64,000 bases of DNA from Phaeosaccion multiseriatum (Eukaryota; Protista; Ochrophyta, other classes), in NCBI GenBank assembly GCA_965112735.1, contig OZ218952.1, positions 3,472,001 through 3,536,000 of the forward strand, in the 5' to 3' direction. The notes beneath the pieces were generated by a model that saw nothing but the letters and a program-made list of their open reading frames with translations, ran no database searches and was not told the origin of the DNA. Position numbers and translations under genes: made by a program. Below are positions 13,674 through 25,877 of the stretch, one piece after another (positions within the stretch are counted from its first letter, which is position 1; each line of letters starts with the position of its first letter).

Positions 13674-15410
13674 ATGCTGATGATGAGAGTAATGTCGTTG
13701 AGGGGGGTGGTCAGAACCTGCTACTCCTCTTGCATTGGTAGGAATAGAAGACGACCCGCAGCAGTAGGAGGAAACACCGCTGCTGAACGGCGCGCCGACT
13801 CTACTCTCCATCACCAGAAGCAGCTGCCGCAGCAACGGTCCTGCTACTCTACTGGGGGAAGTGACAAGTTCAGGCAGATACGACTCATGAGGGAGATCCA
13901 AGATCTGGGAAGGAGCAAGGATTGGAAAAAGGTTGCACCTACTCTGGAGCGCGCACGGCGAGAGGGCCTCAAGCCCAACCTGTACTGTTTGAGTGCTGCG
14001 ATTACCGCGATTGGGAAGTGCGGGCGGTGGAAGGGCGCTTTGGCTCTCTTGGCAGAGATGAAGGCAGAAGGACTCTCTCCGAACGTAATCACGTACAACA
14101 CCACTATTAGCGCATGCGCCAAGGCCAGCCAACACGTGGAGGCAATGAGTTTACTGAGGGAGATGAAGGCAGAAGGAATCACTCCAGACGTAATCAGCTA
14201 CAATGCCGCTATTAGTGCATGCGCCAAGGCCAGCCAACACGTGGAGGCAGTGAGCTTACTTAGGAAGATGAAGGCAGAAGGACTTACTCCCGATGGAGTC
14301 AGCTACGGCTCCACCATTGACGCATGCGCCAGAGCCAGCCAACACATGGAGGCAATGGATTTACTGAGGGAGATGAAGGCAGAAGGACTTGCTCCCAATG
14401 TAATCAGCTACAGCTCCACCATTAACGCATACGCCAGAGCCAGCCAACACGTGGAGGCAATGGGTTTACTGAGGGAGATGAAGGCAGAAGGACTTACACC
14501 CAATGTAGTCAGCTACAATGCCACTATTAACGCTTGCGCCAAGGCCAACAACCAACACGTCGAGGCAATGGGTTTACTGAGGGAGATGAAGGCAGAAGGA
14601 CTTGCTCCCGATGTAATCAGCTACGGCTCCACCATTAACGCATACGCCAGAGCCAGCCAACACGTGGAGGCAATGGGTTTACTGAGGGAGATGAAGGCAG
14701 AAGGACTCACTCCAAATATAATCAGCTACAGCTCCACCATTGATGCTTGCTCCAGGGCCAGCCAACACGTGGAGGCAATGGTTTTGCTGAGGGAGATGAA
14801 GGCAGAAGGAGTCACTCCCAATGCAATCAGCTACAACTCCACCATTAACGCATGCGCCAGGGCCAGCCAACACGTGGAGGCATTGGGTTTACTGAGGGAG
14901 ATGAAGGTAGAAGGACTGACTCCCAATGCAATCAGCTACAGCGCCACCATTAACGCATGCGCCAGGGCCAGCCAACACGTGGAGGCAATGGATTTACTGA
15001 GGGAGATGAAGGGAGAAGGACTCGCTCCCGACGTAATCAGCTACACCGCTACGATTGATGCTCTGCAGGAGGGAGGCGACGAGGAGGGTGCTGACGAACT
15101 GTACGCAGAGGCCGTATCGCAAGGGGTCTTGAATCACTGGAGGAAAGGGGGGCAGTTGATGGACTTGCACGCCTTCACCAGGGGAACGAGCAAGGCAGCG
15201 CTTCGTCACGTGCTGTCAGAGGCGAAGCCGGGGGCTGAGATCATAGTAATCACAGGCCGAAGCCGAGGCAGTGAGGACGGCGTCAGCGTTCTCAAGCCCG
15301 CGGTGCTGGCCTACTTGCAGGAGAGGCCTGGCGTCGAAGTATGGGAAGACGAACACAACCCAGGAAGGGTGGTGATGCGAGTAACCGGTCCGGCAGCAGC
15401 AACCCTCTGA
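13674..15410 (+). CDS. PPR-SMR protein copy 1 (9 core P-type repeats), intronless, putative mitochondrial presequence
   Basis: Open ORF with an Arg/Ser-rich N-terminus (MLMMRVMSLRGVVRTCYSS...QQRSCYST). 35-aa repeats VISYxSTINACAKASQHVEAMxLLREMKAEGLxP[N/D] span 14085-15032. C-terminal Smr motifs: MDLHAF...VITGRSRGS...NPGRVV. Confidence 0.92.
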   Translation: MLMMRVMSLRGVVRTCYSSCIGRNRRRPAAVGGNTAAERRADSTLHHQKQLPQQRSCYSTGGSDKFRQIRLMREIQDLGRSKDWKKVAPTLERARREGLKPNLYCLSAAITAIGKCGRWKGALALLAEMKAEGLSPNVITYNTTISACAKASQHVEAMSLLREMKAEGITPDVISYNAAISACAKASQHVEAVSLLRKMKAEGLTPDGVSYGSTIDACARASQHMEAMDLLREMKAEGLAPNVISYSSTINAYARASQHVEAMGLLREMKAEGLTPNVVSYNATINACAKANNQHVEAMGLLREMKAEGLAPDVISYGSTINAYARASQHVEAMGLLREMKAEGLTPNIISYSSTIDACSRASQHVEAMVLLREMKAEGVTPNAISYNSTINACARASQHVEALGLLREMKVEGLTPNAISYSATINACARASQHVEAMDLLREMKGEGLAPDVISYTATIDALQEGGDEEGADELYAEAVSQGVLNHWRKGGQLMDLHAFTRGTSKAALRHVLSEAKPGAEIIVITGRSRGSEDGVSVLKPAVLAYLQERPGVEVWEDEHNPGRVVMRVTGPAAATL

Positions 15411-16364
15411 GCGGAAGGAGAGGCGTAGATGGATCCGTGGAAGTGAAGGCAACGCAAGCGCCCAACCGGAAACCCCAAGAGGCACCTCAAGATGGATCCG
15501 TGGGCGTCAGTCACACGTGTGTCTCCCCTCTTGGTGTACTGCGGCAGCCCAACAAGCCACTGAGGTGGTTGCTGGCGGTACGTGTTTGCGTGACTGTGGC
15601 GTTGCTTAGTATGGGTGCACATGTGCCTTCCACCCCCCGGGGGCACAAATGAAGGCCTCTGATTCGCTAGAGGCCTCCGCGGTGATCCGCCTCCCGCTCG
15701 AGCAAAGGAAAAGAGAGACTTTCTCCCCATCCGCTGCATACGTCGAGAGTTAAGATTCAAAGAAAAGGAATCGCATTTCACCAATTGGTGGCGTAGCGTA
15801 CAAGCCGCTTCGAAGAGCAAGCGAGGGGAAAAGGCCCTAGACAAGCAAGCGAGCGGAGACTCGACTGTTGAGTTCGGCACCAAGGTCCCCGGTCCTGGGT
15901 GTGAGCGAGAGGGACGGGGAAGGCGAAGACAAAACTCACTAGGATAGGACAGGAGTCGCCAAGAGGCGAGGCGCAGGAGGAGAGCGAATCGAAGGGGGGG
16001 ACGGGGGGGGGGGTGGCATAGACAGCGGGGTTAGTTGGGTGAGGCAAGGCAGGTAGACATGGCTGACGGCACGTGAGAGAGAGCTCGCCCCCCTTCATGG
16101 TGGAATGGAAAGTATTTCTCCGCCCGGACATGAGTGGGTACAAAGGGTATAAAGGGTGTCCTTCTCATCAAATTCAACCTCGAAGTACGATATTTCGCAC
16201 GTGCGTGCGTTTGTTCCTGCACGAGGGTCAAATTGAGTATCATCCGTGTGAGTAAGTACTCGACTGACGCGTTCTTGCTGGCCCTCCTTGGGGAGTGAGC
16301 TGCCTGTATTCCAAGGAGAGTTGTCGCGCACACTGGCCAGAGGTGTATGTGTGTATAAATGTGA

Positions 16365-16547
16365 TTACATCGCCTGGAGGCTCACAGGTAGAGTGTCGGG
16401 CACGTCGAGCTTCCGTTGGCTTATGCACCGCACCAGATGGAAGCATATGGCGAGCTCGCGTTGGTTGAGGCGGTTATCCTGTGCAGGGAGAGAGAGGGAG
16501 ATTAAGGGGAGGGACACATACGTACACACCCACACATACACTCACAT

Positions 16548-16622
<75 letters not shown>

Positions 16623-19600
16623 GCACACCACTTACCCCGTCCATGTCTGCCAGTGAGTAGAGGAGGCGATTTTCGGTGTCGGACAGGCCGCCCTTCTCGA
16701 ACATCTTGGCCGTCTCTGCCCACGTTACGAAACCGTCGCGGTCCTGTGGGCGCGTGCGTTGGGAGATGTCAGGACAGAAGGGTGGGTGGTGTCAGGACAG
16801 GAAGGTGGGTGGTGTCAGGACAGAGGTGGGAGGGTGTCAGGGCAGATGAAGGGGTGTCGAGACAGGAGGGGCGGGCATGGATGAGGCTCAAGCCTGTGTC
16901 AGACAGAGGCATATGGGGCAGAGCACCATGTAGAGATGGGGGATGGGGTATACGGGGGTATACGGGGGGGCAGCACCTTGTCGAGCTTCTTGAAGGCCTG
17001 GTCGTAGAACTTTCTGTCGCCAGGGCCCATCTGCCACTTGTCCATCTCCTCCTCCTGACACCAGGCACCAGGCAGGGCAGTTGGTGATACAGAGCAGAAA
17101 TCAGCAGAGCAGAGCAGCGCACGGCAGGGCACGGCAGGGCAGAGGGGCGCACGGCAGGACAGAGCAGGGAGGGACAAAGAGGGAGGACACATATGTCAGA
17201 CACGTCAGTGGTGAGAAAGAGGGCACAGGACAAGCAGGGCAGGCAGCCCGGTCTTCATTTCCCCCTTTCGTCCTTCCACCCTCCCTTCTCCCCCCTCTTT
17301 TCCTCCAGCATCCTTCTTCCTCATTCGCTCCTCCCTTCTCTTTCCGTATCACCAACCCCCCAGTTTACCTCCTTGGCGAGTCTCTCCGCCTCCTCCCTCT
17401 CGTCCTCCTCTCGCTGCTTCCTGTCCTGCGCACGTTGGTCATTCACCAGGAAATTCTGCAGCAGGTATAGGACACGCACGCACACACACACACACACGGA
17501 GAGAGAGGGGCAGAGGACGAGAGAGAGAGATATCGAACGGAAGAGGTAAGAGACGGGCAGGGGAGGGTGAGGAGGGAGGGAGAGAGGGGGGCGATAGAGA
17601 GAAGAAAGCGAGAGAGACTGGACGCGTGAATACGGGGACGTGAACAATAGATATGTAGATCTCTCCCTCCCTCCCTCCCCTCTCTTCTCTCCCTTTTCCC
17701 CTCCTTTCCCTCTCTCTCTCTCTTTCTCCCTCCCTCCCTCCCCTCTCTTCTCTCCCTTTCCCCCTCCTTTCCCTCTCTCTCTCTCTTTCTCCCTCCCTCC
17801 CTCCCTCCCCTCCCTCCCTCCCTCCCCTCCCTCCCTCCCTCCCTCCCCTCCCTTACCCCGCATCCGTGACTCACCTCCGCCGCCTTCTCCTCCCCGTATT
17901 CCGTGAACTCTCGCAGCCACCTCCCCACCTCTTTCCGCAGCTTCTCCACCAAGCGTCCACTGCCATCCCCATCCTCTTCCCCCCCATCCTGCCCATATGC
18001 CTCCGTCCCATCCGGCGGCGGCGGCCCATATGCCTCTAGACACTTGTACACACTCTCCATCGCGAGCAGCAGCCAGTCTCCCGTGTAGGCAGGAGCGAGG
18101 TCCCTCGTCACCAGCTCCTTGGCCGGCCGCTCTCCGTCTCGATAGGCGAGAAGGGCGGCCTTGACCTCAGCAAGGGCCTTACTGTCCTCCACTTTGACGC
18201 CCTTGACCTTCTTGCGCGGCTTCTTGCCTCCGAGGCTGTGCGGGAGTCTGGAGTGGTGGTTTTGGGGTTGTGGTGGTGGTATGGGGGTTGTGGTGGTTTT
18301 GGGGTTGTGGTGGTTTTGGGGTTGTGGTGGTTTTGGGGTTGTGGTGGTTTTGGGGTTGTGGTGGTTTTGGGGTTGTGGTGGTTTTGGGGTTGTGGTGGTT
18401 TTGGGGTTGTGGTGGTGGTTTTGGGGTTGTGGTGGTGGTTTTGGGGTTGTGGTGGTGGTTTTGGGGTTGTGGTGGTGGTATGGGGGTTGCAGTATCGGGG
18501 TTGTAGTCGGGGCGGTGGTGGTGGTGGTGGTGGTGGTGTTGGGTTAGGTTTCTGTTATAATTGTTTGCTTGTTTGCATGGTTGTGAGGAGGGAGGAGGAG
18601 GAGGAGGAGGTGCCCTCTCCCTCTCTCTCCCCCTGTCATATTCCCGCTCTCACTCTGCTCTTCTCCCTTGCTCCCTCTGTTCTTCCCTCCCTCCCTCCCT
18701 CCCTTCTTCCTTCCTTCCTTCCTTCCCTCCCTCTCTCCTTCCCTCCCTCTCTCCCTCCCTCCCTCCCCACCCCACCCCCCGCCCACTCACTTTTCCGGCA
18801 GGCTCCACTTGGGATTTTTCTTGGCGCCCCTCCTCAGCATGACAATAAGATGCATGGTCGTGCTCCACTCCTCCTTGTTCAGACATCCGTCCTTATCCAC
18901 ATCCGCCATCCTCCACACCTTCTTGAGATCCGCTACCCCGAGGCCACTCCGCACCAGCAACGGTCGTGCCTCCGACCCAGACAGACTGCCACTCTGGTCT
19001 CTGTCGAGTTGATTGAACGTCTTCTCATAAGCTTCTCTCTGCACCTCTGTCATGCCCCAGCGAACGTCTTCAGGGTCATGTAGGCCGTGGAGCGCCTTCG
19101 TCCAGCGCTTCTGTCGGGCCTTGGCTGCTACTTTGGCTGCCTTCGCCTCGGCCTTTGCCAGGCTCTTGGAAAGGGCTTTGGCCTCTTCCTCTCGTATGGC
19201 TGCTGAGGTCTTTCGTTTGCGCTTCTTGCCTTTTGAGGGGGGGAAGGGAGGGAGAGGGAGGGTGAGGGAAGAAGCCCCTCACCTCGTCCATCCCAAGAGG
19301 CACACCACACGCCCACACACGCAAGGAAGCAACTCACGCATACAACGCGCCCCCCCCCCTTTCCCCTCCCTCTCTCCCTCTCCCCCTCTCTCCCTCTCTC
19401 CCTCTCTCCCTCTCTCCCTCTCTCCCTCCCTCCCTCCCTCCCTCCCTCCCTCTCTCTCTCTCTCTCTCTCCCTCCCTCCCTCCCTCCCCCCCTCCATCCC
19501 TCCCCCTCCCTCCCTCCCTCCCCCCCTCCATCCCTGCCCCTCCCTCCCTCCCCCTGTATCACCAACCAACCCTACCCACCCACCCACCCATCCACCCCTT

Positions 19601-21357
19601 GACTCACCTCCCAAGCTGCTCGGCAGGTGGTGGGGCACCTCCCATCCACTGCCATCCTTCTTGTTGGCCTCGTCACTGAGACATGCCATGAGGTGCTGCA
19701 TGACCGCCCAGCCCGCCTTGTCAAGTTCCCCCCCTGTATCACCAACGCCTTGGCCACTGCCCCCCTCCTCCTCCTTGCAGGCCTTCTCTGCCAACCTCCA
19801 AGCGGCCTTGAGAGTCTTCCTGTCCAGGCCGCTCTTGTCCATCACCTTGGCCACCTAGTATGTCAACAAATGATTGCATTGAGATGGTGTGGGTTGTTAA
19901 AGGAATGCCGTGGTTCCTTGACTGAGGCCGTGTAGACTTCCATCACACTCGTTCTCCTCCTCCTCCTCCTCCTCCTCCTCCTCCTCCTCCTCCTCCTCCT
20001 CCTCTCCATCCTTCCCCTCCTCCCTCTCCCCCCTCTTCTTCCCCCCCTTCCCCTCTTTCCTCTCCCCCTTCCCCTCCTTCCCCCCCCCCCCCCCTCTCCC
20101 ACCTCCCCTCCGTCCACCCTCCCCCTCTCCCCTCTCCTTCCCCTCCGTCCACCCCTCTCTCTTCCTCCCCAATCAATCCTACGCCACCCACCTCCTGCTG
20201 CGAGAGCAAGCCATTCCCATCCTTGTCCAGCTTCTTGAATCCCTTTAGGTAGCCCTTCCTCTGCCCCTCACTCATGGCCCATTTCTCGTCCTCTGGATCC
20301 CGCTCCGCCTCTATTCTCGCGGCCTCAGCTGCTTTCTCCTCCTCCTCCTCCGCACGCCGCCTCGCCTCCTCCTCTTCCTTCTCCTCTCTCGCACCTATGT
20401 GAGCGAGAGGTAGAGGGAGAGAGAGAGAGGGAGAGGGAGAGGGAGAGGGAGAGGGAGGGGGAGTGTGTGTGGGAGAGAGAGAGAGAGAGAGAGGGGAGAG
20501 ATGAGAGGAGAGGAGAGGACGATAGAAAGTGTGTGTATGAGCACAGAGCTACACAGTCAGTCACACAGTCACACGGCCTCAAAGCCACACACATGAACCC
20601 CCCGGAAGGTCATCAGGCAGGAAGTGAGTCACCAGGCAGGCAGGCAGGCATATGGGCAGGCATATGGGCAGACTGACAGGCAAGCACATGGGCAGACTGA
20701 CAGGCAGAGAGGCAGACAGGAATACGTGGGACAGACAGGCAGGCAAAGGGGTAGGTACATAGGCAGACAGGCAAAGTATATGGGGATGCAGTTTCAGTTT
20801 CAGGGCTTGGGTTCCCAAACACTCCAAATACTCACGCTCTTCATCGTCGAGGGCCGCTTTCCTCTTCTTCTCCTTCTCCTCCTCCTCCCTCCTCTTCTCC
20901 TCCTCTTCCCTCCGCTTCTTCTCATCCTTGACACGCTTCCTCTCCTTGGACGCTGCCCCAGCCTCCCCTCCCGCCTCCTCCACGAACTTCGTGAGCTCTG
21001 CAGCTTTGGGAGGGGGAAGCAGCTTGGCCAGCCCGGGGATCATCTTTAGGGTCTGCGGCAGGGGGGAAGGGGCAAATGACGGATGGCAGTGGATGGGGAG
21101 GGGTTACACATGGAGGGCGGGGGGAGGAGTGAAAGGTGTGAAGGAAGACTCTTTCTCTACCACCCACTACCATGTCTCCATTCATTGCCTTCCGCTCCCA
21201 TCCACTGCCATCCACTGCCATCCACTGCCATCCACTGCCATTCCCTCACCTTAGTCTCCCCGAAGAACTCCTCTAACTCCCCGAAGAAGCTTGACACGGC
21301 AATTTGACCCGCCCCATACGCCTCTACCAGGGCCTTCACGTCCGGCTGGGGAGGGGG

Positions 21358-21396
<39 letters not shown>

Positions 21397-24300
21397 GACA
21401 TTCAGGCAGGAGAGTAGTACTAAAGCAGAGATTAGTGCGTGTGAGTGTCAGTGTGTGTGGACCACTCCCCCCTCCCCCTTGCCCCTCGCCTCTGACCCTC
21501 TTACCTCAGCCTTGCCCTCCGTACTCTTCTTGCTCTTCTTCCTCTTCTTCCTCTTCGCGGCTGCTGCCTCCGCCGCCGCCGCCGCCGCCGCCGCCGCCCC
21601 CTCTCTCTCCTTCTGCTCGGCGCTGTTGTCCTTCGACCACCCTCCCTGCCGCCCTCGGAAGGGGTTGAACCTGTTCCTCTTCTCCTCCTTCTCTCTCGCC
21701 TCCCTCTCTGCCTGCTTAAGCGCCTCCCTCTCCCTCTCCTTGGCCTTTCCCCTGAGTCCTGTGGTCTTCTTTCTCGCCCCCTTATCCGCCAAATACACTT
21801 TCTCCAACCCGTCCTTCAGCATCTTTGCTCGCGCCCTTCTCGCTTTCTCCCTCGCCCCTCCACTTTCCACCTCCAGCATCGCTCTCTTCCCCACTGCTAC
21901 CCCTCCCTCCTCCTCTTCCTCCCCCTCCTTCTGCTCGTGTTGGTCATACGCGTCCTCGTACTGCTCCTCGTCGAACGTCGCCAGCAGCCTCGGCATGACA
22001 CTGGTGGTCTGACTCCCGAACGCCGGTTTCAGCACCTTCTGATAGAGCTCCTCGGCTGTTAAAAGCCCCCCTCGATAGCGCTCCATGCCCTCATCCACAT
22101 CGGGAGACTGCCCTGCATCCGTCTCGAGGCTTTGCAGGCTGCCCATGCTGCCCATTGACATAACCTCGTCCCCCCCGTCCATCCCCTCCTGTTGGTCTTC
22201 CCCCCCTCCGCCATTTGTTGCAAAGACATTATTATTGTTTGTAACCGTTCCACGGCCCTCCATGTCCTTTGGTCTAAGTCCGTAAAGCTTACTAAGCCGC
22301 CCCGAGGTGCGCGATACCTCACCGGACCGGAAGGGGTCATGCGCTCTTTTGTTGATCTGTGCCGTCACCGCACGGGTCTTCGCCTCCGCTGTTAGGGAAA
22401 GAGGGAGGGAGGGAGGGAGGGAGGGAGGGAGGGAGGGAGGGAGGGAGGGAGGGAGGGAGGGAGGGAGGGAGGGAGGGAGGGAGGGAGGGAGGGAGGGAGG
22501 GAGGGAGGGAGGGAGGGAGGGAGGGAGGGAGGGAGGGAGGGAGGGAGGGAGGGAGGGAGGGAGGGAGGGAGGGAGGGAGGGAGGGAGGGAGGGAGGGAGG
22601 GAGGGAGGGAGGGAGGGAGGGAGGGAGAGAGGGAGAGAGAGAGGGAGAGAGGGAGTGAGTGAGTGAGTGAACTTGGTAAGGAGAGGCAGTTGAGAGTGCG
22701 ATGGTGAGTTGGTTAGTGAGTGCGTGAGTGAGTGAGAGAGAGGTCCTTCACCTGCTGCCCGCTCCACCTCATGACGGCGCTGAGCTTTCTCCTTGCGAGC
22801 AGCGCTGCGGTGAGCGTTGTGAAGTGCAAGTAGGGGCACGGCCTTCGCCTCCGGTAGGCTCTGATGCGGAGGGAGGAGGAGCGTGTCAAGGGTGGGAGAG
22901 GTTTAGAGAGGCAGGGGAGGGGAGAAAGGAGGGAGGGAAAGAAGCCCCACAGTGTAGAGCCCTCAAGACCCCGTAGGACCCCGTATGGAAAGAACCCCGC
23001 ATCGAAAGCCCCCGCCGATGGATCAATCACCCCTCCCTCGTCCTCCTCCTCCTCGACCCTCTCTTCCTCCTTCGCAAAAACATTTGCCATTTCCCAGTTT
23101 CAGTTTGCTGCTCAGTCATGTGAGCTCAGTGCTCAGGTCAGTGCTCTGTACCCATATACCTGGAGCAGCCTCGGCATGGCGAGCTTGATGTCCCTTGGGC
23201 CAAAGTGCTCGAGTAGAGCGGTGTGGAAACCTTGCGCGCTGAGCCTATCCCGTATGTACATGGAGGTGAAGAGTTGCACCTGCTCTCCCGGGTTCAAACC
23301 CAGCTCCTCCACCGCCGCTTTTCTCCCTGCTGTACTAGCCGCCACTGCAGCAGCAGTAGCAGCAGCAGCGGAGGCACCACCACCATCAGCTCCTCTTTCT
23401 GCTCCTCCTCCCCCTCCTGCTGCTGCGACTGCTGGTTTGACATTCAACTGCTCGACATTGAGAAGATCTTCCGCCCCCTCTATTTTTCTGAGCAGCGCCT
23501 CCCTGTCATCAGGTGCCATCGCCGCCACCATATCTATCCGAAGACCCAACTCGAGAGTGCGCATCTGTGAATCAAGTTGGGCCTCTCGGGCCTTTGTTTT
23601 CTCTGCGCGGAGCTGAGCAGCGAAGCGTCGAAGTTGCTTGCGGTCCTTGCGTCCGGCCTTCGGTAGGGGGAAGAGGGAGAAAGGGAGGGAGGGGAGAGAG
23701 GGGGGGGGGGGGGAGGGAGGGAGGGAGGGAGGGAGGTAGGTAGGTAGGGAGGGAGGGAGGGAGGGAGGAAGGGGGGGAGGGAGGGAGGGAGGGAGGGAGG
23801 GAGGGAGGGAGGGAGGGAGGGAGGGAGGGAGGGAGGGAGGGAGGGAGGGAGGGAGGGAGGGAGGGAGGGAGGGAGGGAGGGAGGGAGGGAGGGAGGGAGG
23901 GAGGGAGGGAGGGAGGGAGGGAGGGAGGGAGGGAGGGAGGGAGGGGAAGGATCGGACGGGAGAGCACACACCATCTTGGCTTGCCGCATGACGCTGTTGA
24001 GCTCCATCTTGTGAGCCTCGGAGAGATAGCCCATCACGCTGCCCCACACCACCTTATACATAGAGTCCAAAGAGAGTGTCGAGAGAGTCGATATTGAGGG
24101 TCGAGAGGGTCGATACCAAGCGTCGAGAGAGTCGATATTGAGGGTCGAGAGGGTCGATATCATGTGTCGAGAGAGTCGATATTGAGGGTCGAGAGGGTCG
24201 AGAGAGTCGATATCATGTGTCAAGTGACTCGATATTGATCGTCGAGTAAGTCGATCTGGCACTTACCTGCGTGTGGAGAGAGGGCCCGAACATGAGTGTC

Positions 24301-25760
24301 AACGCCTCGTAGCACTGCACCGCCGTTGTGGCCCCCGAGGACAAGTCCTGCCATGGGGGATACAGGGGGTCAGGATCATGTACGGTGTCAGTGTCAGGGG
24401 TGTCAGGATCTTCTGCCCCCTCCCATCTACTGCCATCCCTCCTAGTGCCGTCAGGATCATTCTTCGTATCAAGGTGTCAGGACTTTCTGCCCCACCCCTC
24501 CTCTCCCCTACCCTCCCCTACCCTGCCCCCACCCCCGGGTCCAGTAAAGGGTGTCAGGGCATCTTACTACCCTCCCGGTCATCCATCGTAAACTGCCATC
24601 CATCCCATCCTATACATTTCCATCTTTACAAATTGTTACGTAACCATGACGTCAGATGAGCAAGCCTCCTGCCTCTTCCCTCACCCCTCACCTCTGCTAC
24701 TTGAATAACATGATCCCTCCTGCCTCTTCCCTCACCCCTCACCTCTGCTACTTGAATAACATGATCCCCTCACCTCTGCTACTTGAATAACATGATCCCC
24801 TCACCTCTGCTACTTGAATAACATGATCCCTCGGGGGCGGGGGGGGCTGCTCCCTCTCCAGCCTTGCCCGGAGCTCCTCCTGTGCGCGTCGCTCCATCTC
24901 GCGGGCATGATCCATGCGCTCTCTCGCTTGGCGGCGTAGCTCCTCCTCCGCCTCGGGGGTGAGGGCCCCATCCTGCTTTTTGACATTTTGATGATTCACA
25001 CGACAAGTGTGAATGGAGGGTGGGCATGTGGTGGGCATGTTGGTAATGTGGGTAACGCCGCTCCCCCATCCCACTCTCGCTCTCTCCATCCCTCACTCCT
25101 CCTCTCGAAGCTTCTTCCTCCCTCGCCTCCCCCTCTCTATATCTCCGCCTCTCTCGACCGCTCTCTCCACTCTCTCGCCCATCCCCCCCTCTGTCTGCCT
25201 CTCTCTCCCTCCCTCGCCCTCTCCCTCTCTTTCTCCCTCTCTCTTCCTCCTACTCTTCCATCCCCCTCCCTCTCTCCCTGTCTCTCTCTCCCTCCCTCCC
25301 CCTCTCCCTCTCTCTTCCTATCCCTCTCCCATCCTCTTCTCTCTCTGTCTCTCTTACCCCTCCCTCACCCTCCCCCTCTCCTTCCTCTCCCTCTCCCATC
25401 CCCCCCTCTCTCTGTCTCTCTCCCTCCACACCCACCCTACCCCACCCCCCCCACCCACCTGCCCCTCCCTCAGCCTCTTCTCCTTGAGTAGTTTGATAAC
25501 CCCTCCTACACCCCTATCCCTCATGTCGTCTGCAAGGTCCAATGGGCTTTGGCCTGAAGAGAGAAGGTGGGATAGAGAGAGAGAGAGAAGAGTGAGGGAG
25601 GGGAGAGAGAGGAGATTGATGTGTATAGATATAGACAGAGAGAGGTAAACCGAGGAGAGGGATAGAGAGAGAGAAAGAGCGAGAGACAGAGAGCAGAGAC
25701 AGAGAGCAGAGACAGAGAGGGCGAAAGTGTAAGTCAGTGAAAGTGTCGGATCGACAGAGT

Positions 25761-25791
<31 letters not shown>

Positions 25792-25840
25792 TCATGCAGA
25801 GGGAAAGGAGAGGAGAGAGCGATAGAGAGAGACACACACA

Positions 25841-25877
<37 letters not shown>

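Noticed and set aside
13674-15410. Copy 1 as a recombinant mosaic of copies 3 and 4, or as a proven retrocopy
   Set aside because: Shared residues can simply be ancestral states with three lineages. No poly-A tail or TSD is seen, and all copies are intronless.
15865-15890. TGGTGCCGAA on the minus strand as an LTR primer-binding site
   Set aside because: Only about 10 nt match, there is no adjacent CA-ending LTR and no gag/pol.
18255-18480. TTTTGGGG-containing array as telomeric repeat
   Set aside because: The unit is 17-20 bp and lies inside an intron, so it is an ordinary G-rich minisatellite.
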